NCBI GenBank assembly: GCA_965218095.1
Contig: OZ244587.1
Coordinates: 3,008,001-3,072,000 of the forward strand
Direction: 5' to 3'
Length of the DNA: 64,000 bases
Source of the DNA: Candidatus Poribacteria bacterium
GTDB lineage: Bacteria; Poribacteria; WGA-4E; PCPOR2b
The notes below the pieces were generated by a model that was not told where the DNA came from, ran no database searches, and worked only from the letters and a program-made list of their open reading frames with translations. The translations under genes and the position numbers were made by a program. How positions within the stretch are numbered: the first letter of the stretch is position 1; each line of letters begins with the position of its first letter. This document shows, in pieces, positions 12,236 through 23,398 of this stretch.

Positions 12236-12446
12236 AGCCAGCAACGGAATTGAACCGCCAAATCATCGCGCATCTTCGGCTGGAGATCCAACTGTTGCAA
12301 GCAGAGCTGGCAGTCGCCATTCTGTTCATTTCTTCACAGGGTGAAGGAGGGCAAGACCATTGAATGAATAAGATGGAAGATGGCTTACCGCAAATGAATT
12401 TGGGACTTCAACTTTTCAATCTTTTTGTGATGAGGAGAAAATCATC

Positions 12447-14402
12447 ATGTCCACACCAGTGTTTAAGCATCTGTTCACTCCTCTACAACTCCGCCATGTC
12501 ACAGTCAAGAACCGTATCGTCACATCGGCGCACGCTGATGCGTTGGCGGAGGATGGCGTGCCAACGGAGAAAGCGCGACGTTACTACGAGCAGAAAGCGA
12601 AGGGCGGCGTTGGTTTGTTGATGTGCTTCGGATCGGCGGGCGTGCACCCGACCTCGCCGGCGCGGGATTGGAACGGCGTCGAGTTGTTCGACGACCGCGT
12701 GGTTCCATACCTCGCGGAGTTCGCCGATACGATGCACCGCTATGATGTTCCTGTCATCGCGCAGATTACGCACCGCGGGCGACGTGGGCGGAGCGTTGAC
12801 CGACTGCATCGGATGTACGGACCTTCACCCATCCGCGAGCCGAACCACCGCGAAACGCCGCATGAACTCGACGAGGAAACGATAACGGAATTCGTCCAGG
12901 CGTTTGCGGATGCCGCGTGGCGATTGAAGCAGGGATGCTTCGATGGGTGCGAAGTGATGGCGAGCCATTGTCATTTAATCGACCAGTTCTGGACGCTGAA
13001 CGCAAACCAGCGCACAGACGCATACGGCGGCTCGCTGCCGAATCGTTTGCGCTTCGGCGTGCGGGTCATCGAAACCATCCGCGAGCGGTGCGGGGATGAG
13101 TTCATCATCGGCATCCGCATCACGGGGGATGATTTCACACAGGGCGGACTTGACAACCCGACGATGAAAGGGATTACAGCGCAACTCGATACGCTGGGGC
13201 TGCTCGATTACTTTAGCGTCGTCGGCTCGACGGCGGAAACCTTTGTCGGCGAGGCGGAGGCGGTACCGGACATGACCTTCCCACATGCCACGTATGCGCC
13301 GCTAGCGGCTTCGATTAAGGGTGTAGTGAATGTGCCCGTCATCACAGCAGGTCGCGTGACGCATCCGATGCAAGCGGAAAATATCCTGGAAAACGAGCAG
13401 GCGGACCTGGTTATCATGACCCGCGCGTTAATCGCTGACCCGCAATTACCGCAGAAAGCGATGACGGATCAATCAGATGACATCCGATTGTGTCGCGGCT
13501 ACAACGAAGGCTGCATCGACCGCATCTACACCGGGCGCGGCGTGACGTGCGTGCAGAACGCGATGATAGGCCGAGAGGCCGAGTTGGAAGCGCTCACGCC
13601 GGCGGAGCGGCTGCGCAAGGTGGTAGTCGTGGGCGGCGGACCCACCGGGCTTGAAGCGGCACGCATTACCCGATGGCGTGGGCACGAGGTCGTGTTGATG
13701 GAGAGGTCCAGCGAGTTGGGTGGTCAAACGCTGATTGCCGCCAAAGCCCCATCGCGAGGAGAGTTCGCAGGAGCGGCGGAATGGATGGGAGGACAATGCC
13801 AAAAATCCGGCGTGGAGGTTCGACTGAACTGCGAGGCGACTGTCGAGTCGATTCTGAGTGAAAGCCCAGATGTCGTCGTCGTGGCGACGGGCGCCCGTCC
13901 GTTGGCGCCGAACATCCCCGGCGTTGAAAACGCGATGGATGCATGGTCAGTCCTGAATGGCAAACTTCCGGATGGTGAGCGTGTCGCGGTGATTGACGAG
14001 GAGTATGGTTTCCAGGGACCGAGCGTCGCAGAGGCGCTGCTCGATGCCGGAAAGCGTGTGGAGATTATCACCAGCATGGAAGCAATCGCCACGCTGCTCG
14101 GCGCAACGACCCGTCCACCTGTATATCAACAGCTATTCCGCAAAGGGGTCGTCATCCACCCGCACCTGCATGTCCGCGCGATTGAAGACAATGCCCTCAT
14201 CGTCGAAAACGCCTGGTCTGAGACGAAGGGTGAACTGAACGGCTACGATGCTGTTGTGTATGCCTTCGGCGGGCAGGCGGTAGATGGGTTGTCGCAGGAA
14301 CTCAGAGGCAAGGTAGAGTGCTTCGTCGTGGGCGATGCCTTCGCGCCGCGTACGCTCCAGCACGCGATTATGGAGGGGCATACCTTCGCACGGAGGATTT
14401 GA
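12447..14402 (+). CDS. NADH:flavin oxidoreductase (OYE-like FMN domain plus FAD domain, DgcA/TMADH-like)
   Basis: KNRIV, SHCHLIDQF..NQRTDAYGGSL.NR, C..YNEGC, VVGGGPTGLEAA, GDAFAPR. Confidence 0.92.
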   Translation: MSTPVFKHLFTPLQLRHVTVKNRIVTSAHADALAEDGVPTEKARRYYEQKAKGGVGLLMCFGSAGVHPTSPARDWNGVELFDDRVVPYLAEFADTMHRYDVPVIAQITHRGRRGRSVDRLHRMYGPSPIREPNHRETPHELDEETITEFVQAFADAAWRLKQGCFDGCEVMASHCHLIDQFWTLNANQRTDAYGGSLPNRLRFGVRVIETIRERCGDEFIIGIRITGDDFTQGGLDNPTMKGITAQLDTLGLLDYFSVVGSTAETFVGEAEAVPDMTFPHATYAPLAASIKGVVNVPVITAGRVTHPMQAENILENEQADLVIMTRALIADPQLPQKAMTDQSDDIRLCRGYNEGCIDRIYTGRGVTCVQNAMIGREAELEALTPAERLRKVVVVGGGPTGLEAARITRWRGHEVVLMERSSELGGQTLIAAKAPSRGEFAGAAEWMGGQCQKSGVEVRLNCEATVESILSESPDVVVVATGARPLAPNIPGVENAMDAWSVLNGKLPDGERVAVIDEEYGFQGPSVAEALLDAGKRVEIITSMEAIATLLGATTRPPVYQQLFRKGVVIHPHLHVRAIEDNALIVENAWSETKGELNGYDAVVYAFGGQAVDGLSQELRGKVECFVVGDAFAPRTLQHAIMEGHTFARRI

Positions 14403-14405
14403 CAG

Positions 14406-15500
14406 TTTAGGACTTACGCAAGAGTCATTGGAATAGAAGGTGAAAGCAGTTGCTGACGCAGATAATCGTCAAGCAGTGACTCCTTGAGTTGGTAAATCAT
14501 CTTGCCGGTCTGACGGGCGAGACGATTGAGTTTGACCCGGACTCACATCGAACACCCAATATGATTTCTCACCCCCCTCTGTTTGCGACACTGGCAGCGT
14601 TGAAGACCGGTGACCTGTTTGGCTTGTCGGTGAAATTGCTCAATCTTCCAACGAGTCGTCGAATCTTGAGTGAGGTCGTTGGTCACGACATATTCCGTGC
14701 GCTCGGTGGAGCGCACAAACTTCACTCGATGACCTTTGGGGAAATTCTTCAGGTGGATGGATTTCCCATGGGTCTGTTGGGTTTCACTCCAGTTGAGTTG
14801 GTCAATTCTTTGGTGTGGGTGTTTGCCATCCGAATCGTCAACACGACGGTTGCTCTTTAGCGGACAATAGTAGACCTTTTCAAGCCGTTGAATGTAAACA
14901 AGCACTTGACGGGAGGCATACCAACTGTCAACTAAAACGGTTGTAAAGGGAAGGTTTTTGTCAAAACTCGCATTGCGCAACATCTCAAGTTGCTTTGAAT
15001 CCCGATCTTATCGGGGTAGATGGTCAATTTTACTTTTGCTATCGCGGTCGGGGTCATAGATACGATAATCAACAATCCAGAACGCATTCACATCTGGGTT
15101 AACATATATCATCGTGACTCTGCCGATACCCCGGATAACTCGCTTGGCATTACCACTCCCTTGCCGACGAGAAGGTTCGATTTTCGACGAATAGTTCTTA
15201 TCAGCGGCGGTATCGTCAAACAACAGATAACCGTTATCCGAAAAGCGGATGTCGTCTTTGACGTTTTCCCAGACTTCTCTGGGGGTAATTCTCTCGTTTC
15301 TCAGGTAGCGGTTGATTTGGTCATGACTCCACTTTTGGGTGTGGTTAGCAAAGTAAGTCTGTGTGTAATTGATGTGGCTGACCAACAAGAACTGGCAATA
15401 ATCCAATTGAAGGTTAGGCTGGTTTCCAGTGAATGTTATCATAAGGTCATATTATGAGGTCATATTATGCCATAATTGGCTGGGTTGCGTAAGTCCTAAA
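14406..15500 (-). mobile_element. IS701-family insertion sequence with a degraded transposase
   Basis: Perfect 16-bp inverted ends TTTAGGACTTACGCAA / TTGCGTAAGTCCTAAA. Transposase pieces 15008-15442 (YCQFLL..SHDQINRYL..FDDT) and 14543-14983 (VLVDSWY..RWKIEQFHR.AKQ.TG). Confidence 0.92.
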
Positions 15501-15874
15501 TCATTTCCGTTCACCTTCATAATGGAGGAGAACATGACCACAAAGATGGCGAAGAACACGCTGAGAAATTCACCTTCGAGGTTCAAGCGGAGGGAAAACT
15601 CTCCGTTGCGGCACACCGCGTGTTTGAGGCTGACAACATGATTGATACGACAATCGGATGCCCCATCTGGTGCCGTTTGAAATCCGGCCTAACCGATTCT
15701 GTGCATTTGACAGACGACCAACTTGAGAAGCAGAGCCGTTATTTCACGCGCCCTTTTTAGTGATTCCTGATGCGTGGTACGAAACTTGCTCGTAGTCAAC
15801 GTGACGTGTCAGACTCTTGAGTTGCAAGAAACAGGCAAGGGTATGAAAACAAATCACACCATCAATTAGAGAAA

Positions 15875-16720
15875 GTGGAGGTAAAAATGGTCGCGACGAA
15901 AGTGAAACTCAAGACGGTTATTGTGCTCGGACTGATCGGCTTATCCCTTCTGCCATCTTTGTTTTCGGCTTGCACTAAAACCGGCGGAAATCGACTTGAA
16001 GTCGAGGAACCCGGGGCTGTCATTCAAGGAGATAGCAGAAACATGAGAGGGGATGTTTACGTCTCTGATATCCTCTATAGCGATGGAAATTTCTGGTCTC
16101 AGGGAGTCCCTGCGGATTTGGAAAAGTGGATGAACGGGAGAAGTTATGTGAAAGTTCGGTTTATGCCTCGGCAGACGGCGATGAAATCGGTCTACTTGTC
16201 ACCGCCCTCCGATGTCCTGCCAGGGCAAGTTGATGCTGAGGGGTTATTCAAACAACCAATGCTTTTACTCAGTGGTAAAGATGATGGAACTCACTTCTCT
16301 GTAGCAGAACGCCAAAATCTGCGGAAGTATCTCGTTGAGAGGGGCGGGTTCCTTTTTATTGACGATAGTTCAAACGTGGAAGGTGAATTTTATCGTTCGA
16401 TACGAATAATGCTAGAAGCGGCATTACCCACGCATCCGGTTGAGCCGATATCCAATGACCACGAAATTTATAGCTGTTTTTATCATATGGGCGGTCCGCC
16501 CGTTGGCTCAACATCAATGTATAGGCCGCTAGAAGGCATATTTATCAACGGCAGATTGGCGGTGTTGATTAGTCAGCATGGCTATTGGGATTCATTCACA
16601 GGTAGGGCGGAGCACTACTCGCCCGGTGCTTTGAGATTTGGCATGAACATGATTATATACGCCGTGACGCATGGTCAAATTTCGGACTATTCCGCGTACA
16701 CACCCGCGTATGATCGATAG
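15875..16720 (+). CDS. DUF4159 domain protein, probable lipoprotein
   Basis: Hydrophobic N-terminus ending FSAC; LRKYLVERGGFLFIDD, HEIYS.FY, LEGI..GRLAV, FGMNMIIYA. Confidence 0.82.
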   Translation: MEVKMVATKVKLKTVIVLGLIGLSLLPSLFSACTKTGGNRLEVEEPGAVIQGDSRNMRGDVYVSDILYSDGNFWSQGVPADLEKWMNGRSYVKVRFMPRQTAMKSVYLSPPSDVLPGQVDAEGLFKQPMLLLSGKDDGTHFSVAERQNLRKYLVERGGFLFIDDSSNVEGEFYRSIRIMLEAALPTHPVEPISNDHEIYSCFYHMGGPPVGSTSMYRPLEGIFINGRLAVLISQHGYWDSFTGRAEHYSPGALRFGMNMIIYAVTHGQISDYSAYTPAYDR

Positions 16721-16982
16721 TGCGAATCACAGACACCGAACCCGCTGTTGCAGGGACAGCGGGAGTGATGAACATGACCGATAAGTGCTACCCGCATTTA
16801 ACTGAGGATGGTACATAAATCAATCTGCGTCATTGCTCGCTTCGGGCGATTCGGAAATTGTCTGAATCGCGGATTGGCACGGATTTATGGATTTCGCGGA
16901 TTTTTTATCGGAAGGTTGAATACGATGGGTATTCCCCCACCCTTGACGGTCGGTTCTTATCCGTCGCAATATTCAATATTCA

Positions 16983-17102
16983 TAGGACTGACGCACTTGA
17001 ACATCCCATCTTCTCCCCTCAGCCAGTGTGTCTCTTGAATCCGATACCGGATACCAGAGAAAGATATAACTGACATTCTATGGCTGAACTGCGTAAGTTC
17101 TA
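16983..17102. mobile_element. MITE with IS701-type ends
   Basis: TAGGACTGACGCAC...AACTGCGTAAGTTCTA, 120 bp, no transposase. Confidence 0.7.
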
Positions 17103-17377
17103 AGTTTCTTGACATCCGACTCGCCCCTCCTTCAGCAGAAGGCGGACTGTTTCTCCCTGGCAAAGGGAGAGTTATACTATTTAGGGTTCCAGATGCAACT
17201 ATTTTGTGGGACAGGCTAGGAAATCTGCCCGCACTGATACCCCACAAATCGAATCGTCGTATTACTACTCAAAACGATATTAGAAGGGCTAGTTGACTGG
17301 CTTATTTCCTAATCATTCCTAACTTTGCGAAGGTTTCGAACCTTCGCAAGGATTTGATGAAACTCACGGAGGAAAAA

Positions 17378-18436
17378 ATGGTATTTCGCGTTGGCGTCAT
17401 TGGGTGTGGTCGCATGGCGAACACCATCGAAGACGAACAGATAGAGAAACGGAAACGACGCCCCTACCGTGGAGGCTTGGCGCTTCCTTACTCTCATGCG
17501 GCAGGCTACGCTGCTGTGGAGGAGACGGAGATTGTCGCCGCCTGCGACATCCACGAGGGGCGCCTAAGGGCATTTGTGGAGCGGTGGAATGTCCGCAGAG
17601 CCTACACCGACTACCGCGAGATGATAGAGAAAGAGCATCTCGATATCGTCAGCGTTACCACGCGCCCGGAACAACATGCGGAGGAAATGGTGTTCGCTGC
17701 GAAGCATGGTGTTAAGGGCGTCTACGCAGAGAAACCGCTCTGCATGTCACTGACGGAAACGGATGCCATCCGAGAGGCGTTTGAGCGCAACGGTGTCCAC
17801 TTGGAGTACGGTCCCATTTATCGCCATTGGGCGGCCTATGAGCAGGCGCGGACGATCGCGGAGAGCGGCGAATTGGGGGAAGTCAAATCGGTGCTAGGCT
17901 TTGAAGGCAAAGCCCTTGAGGGACACTTCATTGACCTGCTCCTGTATCTACTGGGTGACCCAGAGCCGGTGTCCATTCAAGGAACCATTTCACAGCTCTA
18001 TCCAGCCGAGGGGGACACCTTCGGCATGAAGTTCGTCCAGGACGCGCCCATCTTATCAGCCTTGATTAAGTTTGACAACGAAACGACAGCGCATGTGGCG
18101 GGGACTGGCGTGGGTAGAGAGTGTGAACTGGTCTGCACTGATGGGGTCATCCGCGTCGTCAACGACGGCGAGGCTGTGCAGGTGCGCCGCCGGAACACGG
18201 CGTCGGGTGCGCTGGATGTATTGCCGGTCGAGCAGATGGAGCCGCGGAGTAGCACTGTGCATAAGATACGGGACCTGGTCGAGGCAATCCAGACAGGTGT
18301 GCCCGGGCGAAGCAACCTCCGAGCGGCGATAATTAGCCAGGATATCGGATTCGGGCTCTACGAGTCTCATCTGCAAGGTGGAGCGCCGGTCAGTCCACCC
18401 ATTCCGAACCGGGACTGTTGGGTCTCTAGCTGGTAG
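17378..18436 (+). CDS. Gfo/Idh/MocA oxidoreductase
   Basis: VGVIGCG, SHAAGY, YAEKP; GGAGG RBS. Confidence 0.9.
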   Translation: MVFRVGVIGCGRMANTIEDEQIEKRKRRPYRGGLALPYSHAAGYAAVEETEIVAACDIHEGRLRAFVERWNVRRAYTDYREMIEKEHLDIVSVTTRPEQHAEEMVFAAKHGVKGVYAEKPLCMSLTETDAIREAFERNGVHLEYGPIYRHWAAYEQARTIAESGELGEVKSVLGFEGKALEGHFIDLLLYLLGDPEPVSIQGTISQLYPAEGDTFGMKFVQDAPILSALIKFDNETTAHVAGTGVGRECELVCTDGVIRVVNDGEAVQVRRRNTASGALDVLPVEQMEPRSSTVHKIRDLVEAIQTGVPGRSNLRAAIISQDIGFGLYESHLQGGAPVSPPIPNRDCWVSSW

Positions 18437-18526
18437 GCGTCAGTGATTCATTTCGCATTTTGCGTTCCATCACACATCACGCTTTATTTAATACGTATAC
18501 TTGGACATAAAACGGAGTTTTTCAGG

Positions 18527-19402
18527 ATGGAAATGAAAATTGTTCTCAATTCTAAATTCTTTGCAGACCTATCCGTCGAACAACTCGGCGAGAAAGCCAT
18601 CGAACTCGGCTACGATGGGATTGACATCTGCATCCGTCCGGGGCACCCCATCCATGTTGATAACGCGATCCAGGCGCTCCCTAAAGCCGTAAAAGTTTGG
18701 CAGGCGCAAAACCTCGTCTGCCCACTGGCGACAGCGGCAGTGGACATGACAGATCCGGATACGCCTGAGGCGGACAGGTTATATGCCGCGTGCGCGGAGG
18801 CGGGCATCCCTCGTCTCAAAATTGGGTTCTGGAAATTTAACGAAGGCGACGATTACTGGCAAGTCCTGGATGCTGCGCATGCCAAGCTCAAGGGGTTCGT
18901 GAAGTTCAGCGAGAAACATGGGGTGCAAACCTGCTATCAGATCCACAGTGGGCCATGTATCGGATCAAACTGCGCTGGCCTGATGCATCTAATCAAAAGT
19001 TTCGATCCCCGGTACGTTGGCGCCTATACCGACTTCGGGCACCTCGCGTTAGATGGCGAGGATTGGGCGATGGGGCTGGCGATGATTCGCGACTATCTTT
19101 CTGTTGTGGGAATCAAAGACGCCTTCTATGTTCCTCAACCTGTCGGCCATATCCCACCTTACATCCCTTGCTTTGTAAAGCTCGGAGAAGGGTGCGTCAA
19201 CTGGCATCGCTGTTTGGGTCTCCTGTGCGAACTTGGTTTTGACGGCCCTTTAACGGTTCATACAGAGTACTGCTTTGATGAGTCGATTATCCGTCAGGTT
19301 GGGTATGCGGACACCTCCCCGCCCAATTTAGAACAGTGGGCAAAGGACGATGTCGCTTATTTGCGACGCATCTTATCTGAGTTGGAGCGGGATAAAACGT
19401 GA
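18527..19402 (+). CDS. Sugar-phosphate isomerase/epimerase (xylose isomerase-like)
   Basis: GYDGID..RPG, YQIHSG, DFGH, IKD, LGEG.VNW, VHTEY. Confidence 0.88.
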   Translation: MEMKIVLNSKFFADLSVEQLGEKAIELGYDGIDICIRPGHPIHVDNAIQALPKAVKVWQAQNLVCPLATAAVDMTDPDTPEADRLYAACAEAGIPRLKIGFWKFNEGDDYWQVLDAAHAKLKGFVKFSEKHGVQTCYQIHSGPCIGSNCAGLMHLIKSFDPRYVGAYTDFGHLALDGEDWAMGLAMIRDYLSVVGIKDAFYVPQPVGHIPPYIPCFVKLGEGCVNWHRCLGLLCELGFDGPLTVHTEYCFDESIIRQVGYADTSPPNLEQWAKDDVAYLRRILSELERDKT

Positions 19403-19435
19403 TTCGTGAGAAATTACAACCGGCGTCTCCTTCTA

Positions 19436-19482
19436 AGAGCGTGTTTGAAAAATGGTTCTTTTGGAATTTTCAAACAGCCTCT
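19436..19482. repeat. Short IS-end-like inverted repeat
   Basis: AGAGCGTGTTTGAAAA ... TTTTCAAACAGCCTCT (14/16 inverted match) between convergent genes. Confidence 0.5.
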
Positions 19483-19570
19483 GACGCTAAAATTCCGTCT
19501 CCTCACGTTGGTGTTGAAACCTGCTGTCGTCCTGTGAGATCTGTCCTAGTGTATCTTCTACTTCGCCTGA

Positions 19571-21541
19571 TTAGTAATAAAACGTGTATGTCGGACAATC
19601 AATGAGAATACTCAGGATATTCCAAAAACTGCCAATCACAAAGTCGCCCAGCACCAGCCCAAGGAAAAATGGAACGGCTCGCCGATAAAGTCGCAGTCCC
19701 CCATATTTCAGCACGAGCCATTTGGCAACTGCAGCCACGATGAATGCCGCCCAAAATGTGTACATATGAAAAGCAACACCGTATCCGAGCGGGTGAATCG
19801 GCCACCAGAAAAGACGACTGCGTACCGCTGCCAGCAGAAGCGTAAACACGAACCCGATGGTTATGGCGATAATATGTGCCTTGTCTGCATCTCGCGGCGA
19901 AGTGATCCAACCGTGCAGAAAGCGGTAAGCTCGCCCCCCAAAACTGTTAATTTGTCCTCCCACCTTGCCGGTATCCACACCAAGTTGGAAAAACACATCC
20001 ACCAGCATCAGGATGCATAACGGCATCGCAACGACAAGCAGCACAAGCATCAGACGCGACAATCCTTTGACATCAAGGTTCCCCCGTTCTGCGAGTTTGA
20101 ACGCTTCGAGTTGATGTGGCATCGGATGACTCCGATTGTCCCGATTGAACCAGAAAAACAGGGAGAACCAGGTAAGGTTTTGCCCTCCAATTCGTCGTGT
20201 GCCGAACAGACTGACAAGGCTATGGTGCGGTCCAATGAAGGTCGTGTTATGGATAGAAAGACCGATCTGTGCACGAATGCGCGTAACAGCAATGGCGATC
20301 GTCAGGAAATGAGCCACGAAAAACAGCACGGCAATCCACAGTGCCATTCCCCCTCGCGTCGCAAACCCGATGAGGAATATCCCCCCGAACAAGACGCCTA
20401 AAAACGCCGTCCGATAGCGCATCGGCTCGTTCTGGTCTTCAGGCGGTCTCCGCCCGGTGGCTTGCAGGAACGCCCGCCAAATCTGCCGGCGCGTCCCCCA
20501 CAGCACAATCACGGATACTCCTGTATATGCTCCGATATTCTGTTCATAAGGGTAAGGGAAGCCAGGCAGGCTGTCCAGTCCAGATACAATTCCAATGAAG
20601 GCTTGCATCTTGTAGACAAAGAAAAAGAGGAGACATGACATCAACAGATCTAGTGGCATTAGAAAGCCAAACCCAATAGCAAACGGATATACAAGGATAG
20701 AACTTCCTCCCGTCAAAAAAGCAGTCCACGGCTTTTCAGTGAAAAACATGCTCAAGGAGAGGTGCTTAACCGGAATTTCAGGGAGAGCCGGGAAAAAGAT
20801 GTGCAGCCCATTGACGAGATTGATTGACGCAGCGATGGCAAATCCCCACCACATTGGTTGGCTGCGCAGGAAGGTACTTGTGTTGTAGGCGATCTGGAAA
20901 GGGAGTTCGACGATGGGGTAAACAAGACGTTCCTGCTCTGCCCACTGTTTGCGGAGGATGGTGTTAATGCACTGCATGACAAAGAGCAGAGCGAAGGTGA
21001 AGGCACACCACCAGAATGTGGGCTGGATCCAGCGGCGGAGATAGCGCCACTCGAAGAAGGTCTGGTCGCCACGATAAAAGGCACTCAGGATATCCGGGTC
21101 GTTAATGGTCAACCAATTCGGCAGATATTTCCAGAAAAGGTCGCGCCACTCATTCTCCGGCGTAGCAAAATAGAAGGCGTGGACGACGATCGAGACCAGC
21201 GGCAAGAACATATCGTAGGACATGAACAGGAGGGTGATCGACATCAGCACGTAAAGGGAGATCAACTCCCCACCTGTCAAGGCATACTTGGCGGCGAATT
21301 TCTTCAGGGGGAGGTTGAGAACTGCCAGTATCAGGAGGGTAAAGACGACGCTATAGAAGGGTGCCATCAGCGTCGGAAAGGTGTATCGAAGGGCTTCACA
21401 CTCGATATGCCATTTGTAGATAAACGGCAGGAAAAACAGCGAAAGGAGAACTGTTCGCCATGTGATTCGTTCTGGTTGCTTGGAAGGGAAGGAAGGCGTC
21501 TTCATAGAGGCTCTGATTGAATTGGACTCTGTATTGTTCAT
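19571..21541 (-). CDS. Polytopic membrane protein, DUF6785/DUF6784 (OPT-like) family
   Basis: About 16 hydrophobic segments; LRKQW.EQERL.YPI, WWPIHPLGY, KYGG..LYRRA.PFFLGL.LGDF. Confidence 0.82.
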   Translation of the reverse strand: MNNTESNSIRASMKTPSFPSKQPERITWRTVLLSLFFLPFIYKWHIECEALRYTFPTLMAPFYSVVFTLLILAVLNLPLKKFAAKYALTGGELISLYVLMSITLLFMSYDMFLPLVSIVVHAFYFATPENEWRDLFWKYLPNWLTINDPDILSAFYRGDQTFFEWRYLRRWIQPTFWWCAFTFALLFVMQCINTILRKQWAEQERLVYPIVELPFQIAYNTSTFLRSQPMWWGFAIAASINLVNGLHIFFPALPEIPVKHLSLSMFFTEKPWTAFLTGGSSILVYPFAIGFGFLMPLDLLMSCLLFFFVYKMQAFIGIVSGLDSLPGFPYPYEQNIGAYTGVSVIVLWGTRRQIWRAFLQATGRRPPEDQNEPMRYRTAFLGVLFGGIFLIGFATRGGMALWIAVLFFVAHFLTIAIAVTRIRAQIGLSIHNTTFIGPHHSLVSLFGTRRIGGQNLTWFSLFFWFNRDNRSHPMPHQLEAFKLAERGNLDVKGLSRLMLVLLVVAMPLCILMLVDVFFQLGVDTGKVGGQINSFGGRAYRFLHGWITSPRDADKAHIIAITIGFVFTLLLAAVRSRLFWWPIHPLGYGVAFHMYTFWAAFIVAAVAKWLVLKYGGLRLYRRAVPFFLGLVLGDFVIGSFWNILSILIDCPTYTFYY

Positions 21542-21650
21542 GAAGTGCAGTGATACAAAGTTGAAGCATTAGAAAACGTAACCGTTCAGATAACTAGAGC
21601 GCGTGCCGGTTGAGTCGCGCAACGTCGGTGGTTGAATCGCCGAAGTGGTG

Positions 21651-21729
21651 GGTTGAGTAGCGAAGCGTATCGAAACCAAACAATCCAAACGAACACACTT
21701 GGTCTCGATACGGCGCCGCCTACTCGACC
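21651..21729. repeat. REP-like inverted doublet
   Basis: GGTTGAGTAGCGAAGCGTATCGAAACC...GGTCTCGATACGGCGCCGCCTACTCGACC; a single related unit lies at 33222-33247. Confidence 0.7.
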
Positions 21730-21800
21730 AGCGTTCTAGAAAACTAAGTATACCTAATTTTCACGCCTGTTGACACCTCAAAAATTTCTCAACCATTGCC

Positions 21801-21829
21801 TTGACAAGAAATGATAAATCGATTAAAAT
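21801..21829 (+). promoter_or_regulatory. Sigma70-type promoter of the ABC operon
   Basis: TTGACA-17 bp-TAAAAT. Confidence 0.65.
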
Positions 21830-21954
21830 GGTATTTGGATATGTGTGCCGGTAGACCTGACAGATGTTTGAAACCTATTAGGTTTTGGGCGCTACATCAC
21901 GTATCATATTCTTTTCCTGCGATAGAAATGATTTGGAGAGATTAAGGATTAAGC

Positions 21955-23320
21955 ATGACGCGACGCGATTTTCTCAAAACGTCAGCACTGGCGGGGCTCA
22001 GTCTGATGGCAGGCTGTTTACGCAAGCCTCCTGAAGGAGTCATTTTCAAAGGCTGGCCCTATGAGCCGGATCTAGTGCGTGAGAACATCGAATTTTTCGA
22101 GCGACAGACCAACATCGAAGTCGCCTACGAGGCAATATCAGGCAACTACCACGATAAGATGGTTGCGCTGTTCGTCGGCAAGACGCCATTTAATTGCTGC
22201 TATGTCCGCGACGCTGATCTTGCGGAGTGGGTTGAGGCGGGTTGGCTGCGTCCCTGCGATGACATGCTCGGCGCCGAACGGTATCTGGACGACATCTTTG
22301 ATTATAATCTTGATGCCATGACTTACGGGGGCAGACGCTACGGTCTGCCCTATTACACGGACTTTACCGTCTGGCTCTATAACGCGCAAATGCTTGAGGC
22401 GGCAGGCTTCGAGGGTCCAGCGCAGACACTGGACGAGTTGACCGAGCAGGCGATCAAAATCAAAGAGGCGCGGGTACAATCCCCTGATGGCGATGTCATC
22501 AAATATCCCATTGTGCTTGGCTTTCGGCAGAACGTCATCGGCTTCGGTGACTGGTAGTCATTGAATTACGCAAGCGAGGTCGATCTGTTCGACGACGACA
22601 TCAATCCCATTTTTCCCGACGACGAAGGCCGGCGAGCCGAGCGGATTCTCCAGTGGATTGTGGACGGGATTCACAAGCACGATATCATCGACATCAACTC
22701 GCTGACCATGGGACTCATTCGGGAAAACATCGCGGCGGGGCGACAGACATTCTCGCTGATGAACAAATACGATGTTGAGTGGGTGAATAATCGCGAGAAT
22801 GCTGCTGTCGCCGAAGCGTATCTAAAGGAGTGTGGTATCCCCAAAGCGCAAACCCTCCATGCGAAAGTCCTGAAGATGGCGCCCATCCCTTCCCTCGAAC
22901 CCGGTCAGCGAGGCACGCTGGGGTGGACACGGATGTATAGCCTGACCGCCCACTGCCGCGAGGAGCGCCTATTGGATGCATGGCAGTTGATGCAATTTCT
23001 CGGGAGCAAGGATGTGAGCGGCGACTATTTATACGGCCCGGCGTTGGTTTCGGCTCAGAGGTTTGGGGTTCGCGTTCATGTCCCTGATGGATGATCCTGA
23101 GATAATTGCCCAGACCGAGCAATGGGGCGACATCAAACTGGCAAAGGAGCTATCGCAGGTCGCGCGCATCCGCGAAAACATCAGAGCCCCGTGGTTTCCT
23201 GACTTCAACGTTTACTATCAACCGGAGATCCAGAAAATCCTTATACGTCAGCAATCCCCACGCGATGGGCTGGCGCGGATTGCCAAACGCTGTTGAGAAT
23301 TTAAGCGGGAGTGGACGTAG
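21955..23320 (+). pseudogene. Sugar ABC transporter substrate-binding lipoprotein (Tat signal), disrupted
   Basis: TRRDFLK..LMAGC; YGLPYY..YNAQML; in-frame TAG at 22555, frameshift near 23030, early TGA at 23294. Confidence 0.85.
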
Positions 23321-23398
23321 GACTTAAGCTCAAGTTGATTTTAAGGAAGGGTTAAGCGATATAAAACCAGAAACCGTAGAAGATTGGTGTGCCATCTC

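Noticed and set aside
20858-21520. 220-aa plus-strand ORF
   Set aside because: Antisense shadow of the membrane protein gene.
7009-22557. Genome-wide TAG recoding or pyrrolysine
   Set aside because: TAG ends intact genes here (glcB, mod), and two of the three affected genes carry other lesions.
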